NCBI GenBank assembly: GCA_959602365.1
Contig: CAUGSS010000004.1
Coordinates: forward strand, 21,811-85,810
Length of the DNA: 64,000 bases
Direction of reading: 5' to 3'
Source of the DNA: an uncultured Eubacteriales bacterium
Lineage (GTDB): Bacteria; Bacillota; Clostridia; Oscillospirales; Oscillospiraceae
A program made the position numbers and the translations under genes. Shown piece after piece: positions 1 through 8,831 of the stretch (position 1 is its first letter; each line of letters starts with the position of its first letter). Under the pieces are notes generated by a model. That model worked only from the letters and a program-made list of their open reading frames with translations, did not search any database and was not told the origin of the DNA.

Positions 1-320
1 TCAATGGCAAGCCGGCGGGCCGTCCGGTCAGCGCAAATTTTAGTGCAAAGGGTATTCCCATTATAATAATGCAGAATCAGCAGGTCATGCCCCCGGTTGC
101 GGGCGTCGGACAGAAAATCAGCGTAGCCGGAAGGCGGAACGCGACGGATGGTAATGGCTTCACCGTCAAATTGCAGCAGCACCTCCCGGTCCCCTGCTGT
201 AATCCCAAGCTGCTTCATCCACACAGAGGGCAGCGCCACCCGATAATTCTTTGCCTCCGGACCTGCAGTCCCGCCCGCCTTGTTGATGAGAATGCTTGCC
301 TTGCGTTCTTCGATTGCCAT
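1..320 (-). CDS. AbrB/MazE (SpoVT-AbrB) family DNA-binding protein; C-terminus runs off the window edge
   Basis: Minus-strand ORF from the ATG near 320, reading MAIEERKASILINKAGGTAGPEAKNYRVALPSVWMKQLGITAGDREVLLQFDGEAITIRRV... This is a swapped-hairpin AbrB-type motif. It is not in the ORF track because it reaches the window boundary. Confidence 0.45.
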   Translation of the reverse strand, partial: MAIEERKASILINKAGGTAGPEAKNYRVALPSVWMKQLGITAGDREVLLQFDGEAITIRRVPPSGYADFLSDARNRGHDLLILHYYNGNTLCTKICADRTARRLAI

Positions 321-482
321 AGGGTTTCACCTCAAAATAATTATATATATTGGACACCAATAAAACAATACATTTTTGTCGAATAGCTGTTACAAAATGC
401 TGTTCTGATCCTTTCCCGAAGCCACTTGTAGGATGATTGAGTTACACTTCCGTATTGTATAACTCCTTATGTTATCTGAGTT

Positions 483-1238
483 TTAACCTTTGTCTGCTAA
501 TTTTGTCAGAACCCGAAAACCTGAAAGAAGATTGCACAGGCCTTGCTTCAGCCGTACAACAAAGGCAGAGAGCGGGCTTTGCTTCAAAGCTCCATTCTCT
601 GCCTCATGCTTTGTTGTGCGCTGCTTTGCGCCAGAAGGAGTGCATTCCCTTCCCGCGACAGAGATCACTCTGCAAATGTGATAGTTATTGGCTGCGAAAC
701 CTCCCCGTAAACGTCTGCAATGGGTCACAAGGAACTCTTTCAGCCGCCGGATCTGGTGCAGCGCCCGACAGACAGTCCGCTCGGCCACACCCACCGCTGC
801 GGCAATCTTGGAGATGCTGGGAAAGGCCCGCCGCTCCCGGTTGCTGGCGGCCATGTACAGGTACAGGCCAATGACAAAGGCAGATGGTGTAATATGAGTA
901 TTTTTGAGGTAGTCTCTCGGGATGTAAGTCCATCCTTTCTTAGGCAGCGGCTTGACGCTGTACTCCGTCGGGCCGTAGACCCGGCGGCCCAGTCTTATGC
1001 TCCACACATAGGTGCGCTTGGCAGTGATCCACCCGGCTTCCTCTAACTCTTGCATGGCTCTTCCTATTGTGCTGACGGAACAGCCTGAAAGCGCAGACAG
1101 CTTGTTCAGGGATTTGTGACAGTAGCCCAGCGGGGTGCAGTGGGCGTACAGCACCGTCGCCACGATCCGGGCCGTTAAGGTGAGCTGTACACCACAGATC
1201 AGCGCATTTGGCACTTTGAAAGTCTGTTGCTTTTTCAT
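483..1238 (-). CDS. helix-turn-helix domain protein (ICE regulatory or replication-associated wHTH)
   Basis: 251-aa ORF with two HTH-like segments (LSALSGCSVSTIGRAMQELEEAGWI and ISKIAAAVGVAERTVCRALHQI). It sits at the end of the transfer operon. Confidence 0.5.
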   Translation of the reverse strand: MKKQQTFKVPNALICGVQLTLTARIVATVLYAHCTPLGYCHKSLNKLSALSGCSVSTIGRAMQELEEAGWITAKRTYVWSIRLGRRVYGPTEYSVKPLPKKGWTYIPRDYLKNTHITPSAFVIGLYLYMAASNRERRAFPSISKIAAAVGVAERTVCRALHQIRRLKEFLVTHCRRLRGGFAANNYHICRVISVAGRECTPSGAKQRTTKHEAENGALKQSPLSAFVVRLKQGLCNLLSGFRVLTKLADKG

Positions 1239-1307
1239 GCTCCTTCTACCTTTCTGAACCCCAGCGCAGCCGCCCTTTGTGGGCGGCTCCGCTAGTTCTT
1301 AACAGGA

Positions 1308-2555
1308 TCACTTACGGTACGGCGATGCCTTGCGCTTGCTCCGATTTAGCTTCCGCAGCTGTTCCAGCGTCTCCGCGACAAAGGGGATGCGCAGTTCCTT
1401 CAGCTTCTGCACGGCTGCCGCAAAACGCCTGGAATTAGAATAAGCCACGGTGGCCCCCACCGCCCCGTTGTCCTCCAAATAGTGAATTCTGCCGTAAGTT
1501 GGCCCTTCCGGCCCATCTGTCTCTGTGGTTGGAAGCTCCGAATGCCGCCGGACCACCGCCCGCCAGCATTGCAGATACTCGTTCCAGTCCTTCCCATACG
1601 GTACGGAAAGAACATTGAGACAGTTTTCCGGCACACCGGCCTCCTTCAGCGCAGACAAATAGGCCGCACACTGTTTCTGACCGGCATCATCGTTGTCCAG
1701 GCAGAATGCGATCTTATGGATGCCGGGATGTTCCTTCAGAATCCGCTGAATCGGCGCAATCGTGTTATTTCCACTCATGGCCACCCGGAAGCACCTGTCC
1801 CAGGGCGCTCCCACCAGCTTCTGGAGGGTGGCATGGCTCATGGCGTCAATGGCGGATTCAAAGACATATAGCCAATCTGCGCCCGGCGTCCCAGGGATCA
1901 GAAAGGGAATCTCTTTATTGCTTCCCGGCACCTCTCCTTTGTAGGTGGAAGATGCCGCACAGCCCCGCAGCGAGATGGAGCGAATCACGCCGTGTTCATC
2001 CACCCCGGCAAAGGCTGCGTTATGATAGATCTTGCCATCTGGCTGTTCCCGAACCGACTCAAAAATTCTGCCCTGCTTCACCAGCTCCCGAATGATCTGG
2101 TAGTCAATCCCCCGGGTCACCGCCAGGTAGCGGAAGGTGCGCCGCATATCCGGAGCCCTGGTGGGGATCTCCAACGTTTTGGGAGCAGCGTCCTGCTGCT
2201 GCGGCGTGTAATCCGGGTGCGGCATGGAGAACGCAGGCGCACCAAGATCCACGCCGTTCAAAATGAGCACCGCCTCGGGCAGCGTTTTCTCTTCATAGTA
2301 CATGATAAATTCAATGGCCCGCCCGGAATACCCCCGGCTGTTCCAGTACCAACGGCCATCCGCCAGGAATACCATGCTGTCGTGCTCCGCCAGCGTCCAG
2401 CGCCTGCCGCCGCCCTTCAGGTTGTATCCCCGGCTCCTGGCATATTCCAGGGCGCTGGCGGCCTTGGCGACGGCCAGCTGCTCCTGGTTATAGTGCAGCT
2501 TGCCGCTGCGGGTCACATTGGACCAGCGGCGGTTTTGTTCGCTCATGTTTCTCAT
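1308..2555 (-). CDS. DUF3991/Toprim domain protein (conjugative primase-like)
   Basis: 415-aa ORF. The Toprim-like acidic motif KIAFCLDNDDAGQ and the N-terminal architecture match Tn1549-like ICE primases. Confidence 0.7.
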   Translation of the reverse strand: MRNMSEQNRRWSNVTRSGKLHYNQEQLAVAKAASALEYARSRGYNLKGGGRRWTLAEHDSMVFLADGRWYWNSRGYSGRAIEFIMYYEEKTLPEAVLILNGVDLGAPAFSMPHPDYTPQQQDAAPKTLEIPTRAPDMRRTFRYLAVTRGIDYQIIRELVKQGRIFESVREQPDGKIYHNAAFAGVDEHGVIRSISLRGCAASSTYKGEVPGSNKEIPFLIPGTPGADWLYVFESAIDAMSHATLQKLVGAPWDRCFRVAMSGNNTIAPIQRILKEHPGIHKIAFCLDNDDAGQKQCAAYLSALKEAGVPENCLNVLSVPYGKDWNEYLQCWRAVVRRHSELPTTETDGPEGPTYGRIHYLEDNGAVGATVAYSNSRRFAAAVQKLKELRIPFVAETLEQLRKLNRSKRKASPYRK

Positions 2556-2607
2556 TCCCCTTTAAAAAGATCAGGGGCGGCATCGCTGCCGCCCCTGTTG
2601 CTGTGTT

Positions 2608-4845
2608 CTATTGTCCCGGCGTCACATAGTCCAATGGGTTCTGGGGCACCCCGTCCACCTCCACCCGGAAATCCAGATGGGGGCCGGTGGAGTGGCCGGT
2701 GCTGCCCACGGCGGCGATGATGTCCCCCTGATTCACCACTTGTCCCCGGGTCACATAGAGCTCGGAGCAGTGCATGTAGGTGGTGCATATGCCGTTGCCG
2801 TGGTCAATGCGAATCCAGTTGCCGGCGGAATCGCTGTAGGATGCCAGGGTCACGGTGCCGCCGGCGGCGGCATAGATGGGCGCGCCGGTGTCTGCGGCGA
2901 TGTCGATCCCCTTGTGGTCTGTGGAGCCGACACCTCCCGGGGACTCCCGGGGGCCGAAGTAGGATGTAATGGTGGTACTGTCCACCGGCCAAATCAGGGA
3001 GATCGCAGAGGTGGTCATCAGCTGGTCGTAATACTCGTAGGCGTAGGCCAGCCGCCGGTCCAGATGGGAGCCGGCGCCGTTGGCGCAGCCCTCATAGAAG
3101 GCCATCCAGGAGTAGGCGGCATAGGCCACATTGGTCTCCGCCATAAATGCTTCTGGCGTGGTATTCCGGTGCTCATAGAGGTCCTCGCTGAACCCTGGTG
3201 CGTTGTCATAGTAGCGCCCCCGTTCCATCCAGCGGCCCGTCCAGTGGCTTGTCCCCGGCTCCCCGCTGAAAGCCCAGCGCAGCTGGGTGTCCAGGTCTCC
3301 GTAAAACAGCCCGTTGGCCTCGCACCAGTTCATGAACCGCCAGTATTCGTCGCCGCTGCTGGGGTCTGGGGATGTGGTGGTAAACTGGAAGATGCCGATG
3401 TTGCGCTCGTAGGGGTGGTAGATTCCGTCCAGCACCCCGATGGTGGAGTAGTTCCAACCGCACTCCGCCTTGATGTTGCCCAGAATGGCCGCCGTGGCCT
3501 CGGTGGTGAAGCCCAGCCCCAGCAGATAGGAGGCCACCTGGGCCGCGTCCTCCTCCAGGGCGCCCACGGAGCCGTTCCAGGAGCTGCCCAACAGCTCCGC
3601 CCACAGCGCGTCATTCTCTGAACTTAACAGCTCCTCCAGCTGGGCTTGCATATCATTGGTCATAACGTTCAGATCCGCCGCCATCTGTTCTGCCGTCTTG
3701 CCGGAGACATTGATCTGGAGGATGGTGGTTGTCACCTCCTGATACACCGTCTCCGTCTCCCCGGTGGGCTGGCCGGTCTCCTCGTCAATGACTTCCACCT
3801 CCACTTCCTCCGTATGGGTGGACTGACTCTTGGCGGCGGTGACTGAGGTCATCTGCCAAAAGACACTGGACAGGCGCTCCAGATGATCTTCGTCCATGGT
3901 GGCCACATCCATGGGATTTTCTGCGTCATTGGTGGTCAGCACCGCGTAGACCGCCAGCACATCCCGCCAGGCCGGCTTGGAGCCATAGACCACCACACTG
4001 TCATAGGCCTGCTGTTCCGACTGGATCTCATCCAGCCGCTGTACATACTCCTGGTTGATGGCCGCCATGGCCGCCTGAATGGTCATGGAGCTGCCCGACT
4101 CGTTGGCGAAGAACAGCCCAAAACCAGAGGCCAGCAGAATGGCGATCAGGGCGGCCACCAGGATGATGCAGAGCAGTCCCGCCCCGCCCGCGGCGATGAG
4201 GGCGCCAATCGCTTTTCCGGTCACGGCTGCCGCTTTCAAACTGGTGCGCACCGCCTTGCCCGTCAGCCTAACTCCTTGCTTTCCGGCCTTGGCCGCCGCC
4301 TTCTGCTGCCGCCGGAAGGCGGCGGCTTTGCGCGTCCGGTTGAGCGCGGCCTGCACCTGCTTTGTCAGCCTGCGCTGTTGCCGGACACTTCTCCGGCGGA
4401 ACAAGCGGGGCGCAGGGTGCTGCACCGGCTGCCGGACCTGTGCCTGCCGCCCCGGCGGACGGTTGCCCATCCGGATTCTGTCGGTCTGCCTGGTGCGCCG
4501 AAAGGCCATGTCCGTCTTTTCCACGGCTGCATTGCGGGTATGTTCCGGCGCAGCCGATACAGCTCCACTGGCATTGACCGTTCCGGGATCCGCCTGAACC
4601 CGACGCCTCTTTTCATCGCTTACCCGTCTGCGCCGGAACAGCTTCTCTTTGGCCCGGCGCAGCCCCCAACCGGCTGCCTGCTCCGCAACATCCTGCACCT
4701 GCCGGCTGCTCTGGCTCTCCGGAGTCTGGGCGGTGGAGGAGCCGTCAGGGGCTCGGCGGTCTGGCAGGTTTGATTTGACTTGCTCCCGCAAATACCGCAC
4801 CCGGAAAAACTCCGTCAGGCGCTTTTTGTTGTCCGATTTGCCCAT
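2608..4845 (-). CDS. conjugation cell-wall hydrolase: lysozyme-like domain plus C-terminal M23 peptidase
   Basis: 745-aa ORF with a long basic N-terminal region and one TM segment. The C-terminus carries M23 motifs (HKGIDIAA...HGNG...TGHSTGPHLDFRV). Confidence 0.7.
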   Translation of the reverse strand: MGKSDNKKRLTEFFRVRYLREQVKSNLPDRRAPDGSSTAQTPESQSSRQVQDVAEQAAGWGLRRAKEKLFRRRRVSDEKRRRVQADPGTVNASGAVSAAPEHTRNAAVEKTDMAFRRTRQTDRIRMGNRPPGRQAQVRQPVQHPAPRLFRRRSVRQQRRLTKQVQAALNRTRKAAAFRRQQKAAAKAGKQGVRLTGKAVRTSLKAAAVTGKAIGALIAAGGAGLLCIILVAALIAILLASGFGLFFANESGSSMTIQAAMAAINQEYVQRLDEIQSEQQAYDSVVVYGSKPAWRDVLAVYAVLTTNDAENPMDVATMDEDHLERLSSVFWQMTSVTAAKSQSTHTEEVEVEVIDEETGQPTGETETVYQEVTTTILQINVSGKTAEQMAADLNVMTNDMQAQLEELLSSENDALWAELLGSSWNGSVGALEEDAAQVASYLLGLGFTTEATAAILGNIKAECGWNYSTIGVLDGIYHPYERNIGIFQFTTTSPDPSSGDEYWRFMNWCEANGLFYGDLDTQLRWAFSGEPGTSHWTGRWMERGRYYDNAPGFSEDLYEHRNTTPEAFMAETNVAYAAYSWMAFYEGCANGAGSHLDRRLAYAYEYYDQLMTTSAISLIWPVDSTTITSYFGPRESPGGVGSTDHKGIDIAADTGAPIYAAAGGTVTLASYSDSAGNWIRIDHGNGICTTYMHCSELYVTRGQVVNQGDIIAAVGSTGHSTGPHLDFRVEVDGVPQNPLDYVTPGQ

Positions 4846-4850
4846 AGGGA

Positions 4851-7274
4851 TCAGTACGAGACGGAGAGGTGTGTTCCGTCGGCTGTCGGTGTCTGCAGCA
4901 CCCGTCCCGCCTCTTCTCCGAATTTGGTCGTCATGAGGCGATAGAGCTTGGTATCTTTGGGCAGCTCATTGCGGAAGGGGATCAGGGACTCCCCGTATTT
5001 CAGCAGCCCGCAGCCAGAGGACACGTTTTTGACATACTGGAGCTGGGTGTCCGTGATGTGGAGCAGCTCGCTGAGGCGCTGCCGGTCCGTATCACTCTGG
5101 CTCAGCATGACCACAAACTCGCTGTTGGAGATCATGGCCCGGGAGCGCGCGTGCTCCAGGATGGAGTCCACGTTCTGGGTGATGGCTGTGGGATAGGCTC
5201 CACGCTTGCGGAAGCGCCGCCAGGAGGAGTCGAAGAAGGCAGCGGAGTGCTCGTTCTCCATCATCACATGGAACTCATCGATGAACACATGGGTCTTGAT
5301 CCCCAGCCGCCAGTTCCGGGACACCTGGTTGACCATGGCGTCGGACACGATGGTCTCACCGACTTCCTTCTGGGCCTCACCCAAGTCCTTGATGTCGATC
5401 ACGATGAACCGGTTCTTCATGTCCACGTTGGTCTCATGGGAGAACACCCCCTGGGTGCCCACAGTGAAGCGCTCCAGATAGAGGGCCAGATCTTTGGCCT
5501 CCTGTTCCGGCTGCTCCAGCAATTTCTCCCGCACCCTGCCCAGGGTGGGGACTGTCCCTTTCCGGTTTTTCTCCGCGTAGACCTCCCAGCAGCACCGGGC
5601 GATGATGGATTGGGCCTTGGCCCAGTCGATCCCCCCGCCGCCCTGCCGGGCCAGAGCTGCAAAGAAGGAAAGGACGAACTCCGTCTTGTCATCCAGGGAT
5701 CCCCGCACGTCGCCGTAGTCATCGTCCATGTCCATGGGGTTGTAATGCTGATCTGAGTCGGCGGCCAGCCGGATGACCTCGCCGCCGAATGCCTCCGCCA
5801 GCGTGGTATACTCCCGTTCCGGGTCGCAGACAATCACATGGTCGTCGGTGAGCAGCAGGATGGAGGCGATCATCATCTTGGCCATCATGCTCTTGCCGGA
5901 GCCGGGGACGCCGAAGATCATGCCGCCGCCGTTCTTCAGGTTGGCCCGGTTGGCCAGAATCAGATTCCCAGAGATGGCATTGATCCCCATGTAGACGCCT
6001 CCCAGTTCCTGCACCTCCTGGACGCGGAAGGGGGCGAAGATGGCCACGTCCCGGGTCACCCGGGCGGACATCAGATCCACCCGGCGCACCCCAATGGGGA
6101 GCGCAGTTTTCAGCACGTCCATCTGCTGATACTCCGCCACACCCAGGGTAAAGCCGCGCTCCAGCGCCCGGGCGGTCAGGGCCTGGGTGTCGATTTCCAG
6201 CTGTTCCAGGCTGTCCGCAATCTGCACAAACAGGATCTCCATCATAAAAAGCCGCTGATCCTGACGCTCCATGGCGTCCAATGTAGCAGACACTTCTTCC
6301 CGCTGCTTCTCCAGTTCATACGGTGCCATTGTCGTGATATTGCCGTTGTCTATCTGCCGGCGGCTCCAGCGGGCGATGTTGGTATCCACGCCCAGCGACT
6401 TGTTCCGCACCGTGCGCAGCGCGGTGCCATTGGGCACCGGCACCACGTCAATGCTCACCAGCATCTTTCTGTCCAGCTCGCTGGTCAGCTCATAGAGGAT
6501 GCTGTCCCACGCCTGGGTGGCGAATTTCTTCACCCAGAGCATCCTGGCGTACTGGCGGCCCAGCATCAGATAGTCCGGCTTCTGCAAAACGCTGTCCGGG
6601 CAGATGTAGTCCCGGAAGTCGTACCCACGGCTGCGCATTTCAGCCAGGTCGAACCGAAAGCTGCTCTCCTCGTCCTTACGGTAGAAGTCGTGGAGCAGCC
6701 GCACCCGCTCGGTGGCATCCAGCTCAGTGCACAGGCTGCCCATCGCGCCGAACTGCTGGAACAGGGAGTTGCCGATCCGGCGCAGCGCCGCCCGGGCCTC
6801 CTGAACGGTGCGCCGGTCCACCGTGACGGTGATGTACCGGTCCTGAAGGATACCGCAGCCCCCGTCCGTCCGGTCCAGCAGCAGCTCATTCATTTCCGTC
6901 CGGTACCCATCCAGGGCGTCCCCCTTCATGGGGTAGAGCACCTCCTGCTCGAAGCGCGCCCGGTTCATCCGGCGGTTCATCAGGGTGATCTTGGCGGCGG
7001 AGCCGTCCTCCAGGCTGTTCAGCAGGGCCTGATAGTCCCGCTGAAGCACCTCCCTTTCCTCCAGGGAGGCGATCTGATAGTTGATGTCGGAGCATTTCCA
7101 GGTCTTGCTGTACCGTGTCCGCCCCACCTGGAACACCCCGTCCTCCCAGATCGTCCTGATGGGGATGATGTCCTGTACCCTGCGGGGCGGCACATATCGG
7201 TCTTTATCAGGCTTCGCAATCAGATCCAGTGACTTCATCCGCATTCTCCTCCTTTCCCACAACATTGACTTCAT
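4851..7274 (-). CDS. VirB4/TraE-family conjugal transfer ATPase
   Basis: 807-aa ORF with Walker A GVPGSGKS, conserved to VirB4/TcpF along its length. The true start is probably an internal Met near 7238. Confidence 0.85.
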   Translation of the reverse strand: MKSMLWERRRMRMKSLDLIAKPDKDRYVPPRRVQDIIPIRTIWEDGVFQVGRTRYSKTWKCSDINYQIASLEEREVLQRDYQALLNSLEDGSAAKITLMNRRMNRARFEQEVLYPMKGDALDGYRTEMNELLLDRTDGGCGILQDRYITVTVDRRTVQEARAALRRIGNSLFQQFGAMGSLCTELDATERVRLLHDFYRKDEESSFRFDLAEMRSRGYDFRDYICPDSVLQKPDYLMLGRQYARMLWVKKFATQAWDSILYELTSELDRKMLVSIDVVPVPNGTALRTVRNKSLGVDTNIARWSRRQIDNGNITTMAPYELEKQREEVSATLDAMERQDQRLFMMEILFVQIADSLEQLEIDTQALTARALERGFTLGVAEYQQMDVLKTALPIGVRRVDLMSARVTRDVAIFAPFRVQEVQELGGVYMGINAISGNLILANRANLKNGGGMIFGVPGSGKSMMAKMMIASILLLTDDHVIVCDPEREYTTLAEAFGGEVIRLAADSDQHYNPMDMDDDYGDVRGSLDDKTEFVLSFFAALARQGGGGIDWAKAQSIIARCCWEVYAEKNRKGTVPTLGRVREKLLEQPEQEAKDLALYLERFTVGTQGVFSHETNVDMKNRFIVIDIKDLGEAQKEVGETIVSDAMVNQVSRNWRLGIKTHVFIDEFHVMMENEHSAAFFDSSWRRFRKRGAYPTAITQNVDSILEHARSRAMISNSEFVVMLSQSDTDRQRLSELLHITDTQLQYVKNVSSGCGLLKYGESLIPFRNELPKDTKLYRLMTTKFGEEAGRVLQTPTADGTHLSVSY

Positions 7275-7593
7275 CCCAGAGCAGATTGACCAGCAGGTCG
7301 CCGGTCCTGAATTTTAAAACCTTTGGCTCCAGGAAGGTGAATTTGAACCAGGCCAGGGCAAAGCGCTCAAAGCGCTGGCCGTTGATCTTGACGAAACCCA
7401 CCGCCGCGAAGGGGACTACCCCGATGCAGCAGAGCCAGCTGGCCAGCTCCGCCCCGACGCGCGGGCTCAGCACCATCCACAGGGCCACAGCGACAATGAT
7501 GCCCAAGACGCTGCAAATAAACTGCCGCATGTTCAAGCCGAAGAAAATGGTCTCCTGGTATTCCCGGATGTCCTGTCCTATCTCAGTGTGCAT
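7207..7593 (-). CDS. PrgI-family (VirB3-like) small membrane protein
   Basis: 128-aa ORF with two TM segments, immediately upstream of the VirB4 gene as in Gram-positive T4SS operons. Confidence 0.55.
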   Translation of the reverse strand: MHTEIGQDIREYQETIFFGLNMRQFICSVLGIIVAVALWMVLSPRVGAELASWLCCIGVVPFAAVGFVKINGQRFERFALAWFKFTFLEPKVLKFRTGDLLVNLLWDEVNVVGKEENADEVTGSDCEA

Positions 7594-7608
7594 ACCAATT
7601 CTCCTCTC

Positions 7609-8442
7609 TCAGATACCGATCATTTTTTGTACCAGTGTGTCCGCCAGCCGGATGGTACCCACCAGCACCAGCATGTTGAAGATGAGCTGGCCCATATAGG
7701 TGAAGATCATGGACTGGGCGCTGGCGCTGGGGTCTATCGCCGGTGCCGAAGAGGCATAGGCGGAGTAGATCACACAGGCCAGTACGATCACCGCCCCCTC
7801 CAGCAGCACCGCCGCATAAGAGCGCACGAAGGACACGCCCATACTGGTGGTGGGCTGGCCGGCAAAGCCCGCCAGTGGGATAGGAGCCAGGGCGGTCATG
7901 ATGTAAATTTTGAAGAACCGGGCATAGACGGTCAGCAGCATAAAAAAGCTGAGCACCGTCACCACCAGCAGGCACACGAAGCTCAGCAGCCAGGCCCCCA
8001 GCCCGGCAATGATCCCGATCCCCTCCGCCGCCGCAGAGATCTCCTCCGGAAGCACCAACGCCTCCGCCGCCGCAAAGCCGCTGGCCGACATGATGGAGGT
8101 CACTAACCCGCTGCCAATCCCAATGAACTGCTGCATCAGGCCCAGAGCATTGGTCACAACCACCTTGGCCAGTACAAAACGGATCAAAAGCTGAAACGCG
8201 ATCTCAGGACGGCGAATCTCTGCAAAGGAGCCATAGGTTTTTACGATACCGGCGAAAAAGAAGAGCACCAGTAGCGCGATCCCGATGCCCCGCATCGCCT
8301 GATAGACACCGACAATCACCGTCCAAATGCCGCCGCCCCGGAAATCTTCCGGGGCGGTGACGATCAGGGTATAAATTTCCGAGAACTTCTCATTCCACAT
8401 GGATAGGGCGTTGTTCAGGGAATTGATGATCTGTTGTCCCAT
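7609..8442 (-). CDS. polytopic membrane protein (VirB6/TrbL-like channel component)
   Basis: 277-aa ORF with five or more hydrophobic segments, placed between the Maff2-like gene and PrgI/VirB4. Confidence 0.4.
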   Translation of the reverse strand: MGQQIINSLNNALSMWNEKFSEIYTLIVTAPEDFRGGGIWTVIVGVYQAMRGIGIALLVLFFFAGIVKTYGSFAEIRRPEIAFQLLIRFVLAKVVVTNALGLMQQFIGIGSGLVTSIMSASGFAAAEALVLPEEISAAAEGIGIIAGLGAWLLSFVCLLVVTVLSFFMLLTVYARFFKIYIMTALAPIPLAGFAGQPTTSMGVSFVRSYAAVLLEGAVIVLACVIYSAYASSAPAIDPSASAQSMIFTYMGQLIFNMLVLVGTIRLADTLVQKMIGI

Positions 8443-8470
8443 TGACTACACCATCCGCCTTTCTCAACAA

Positions 8471-8824
8471 TTACATGGCTCCAATGGCCTGCAAGATCTC
8501 CTTGGAGAAGATGATAATCAGGCTGCCCACCAGGGTCAGGACGCCCTGGAGCCGCTGGCTGGGATCATGGCCGGAGATGGACATGCCCAGCTGTACAATA
8601 CCCCAAATTGCGCCGGCAATGCCCACCAACCGCACGATACTGAAGATAAAATCATTCAAGTTAGTGAGTATGGTAATTGCATCCCCCTCGGCAAAAGCGG
8701 GAACGGCAAATGCCACAGCCAAAACCAAGGTCAGCACAGCGCCGAGATAGATCTTTCTGACCTTCCTGATTCCGCTTTTCGGCGCGTGAGAGACACCCGG
8801 ATAATTTGTTTTCTTGTGATTCAT
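8471..8824 (-). CDS. Maff2-family small membrane protein (putative pilin-like)
   Basis: About 117 aa from the Met of MNHKKTNYPG. It has a signal-like segment (AVAFAVPAFA) and two TM helices, upstream of the coupling protein. Confidence 0.4.
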   Translation of the reverse strand: MNHKKTNYPGVSHAPKSGIRKVRKIYLGAVLTLVLAVAFAVPAFAEGDAITILTNLNDFIFSIVRLVGIAGAIWGIVQLGMSISGHDPSQRLQGVLTLVGSLIIIFSKEILQAIGAM

Positions 8825-8831
8825 GATAAAT

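Noticed and set aside
69-386. Track ORFs 69..386 + and 166..360 - at the left edge.
   Set aside because: They overlap the minus-strand AbrB-like ORF (about 1..320), which has a recognisable DNA-binding motif. The two track ORFs encode motif-less polypeptides. My reading of the printed bases near 240 also disagrees with the track by one base, so the track frames are taken as given but not annotated.
2611-3621. Long antisense ORFs throughout the GC-rich genes. Examples are 2611..3621 +, 3883..4773 +, 5838..7232 +, 9459..10181 +, 11763..12809 +, 18782..20269 +, 43466..45283 -, 49444..50922 - and 62741..63709 -.
   Set aside because: Each lies opposite a well-supported gene with clear family motifs. 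Their translations are Gly/Arg/Pro/Ala-rich low-complexity sequence typical of GC-rich shadow frames, and none has an RBS or a conserved motif.
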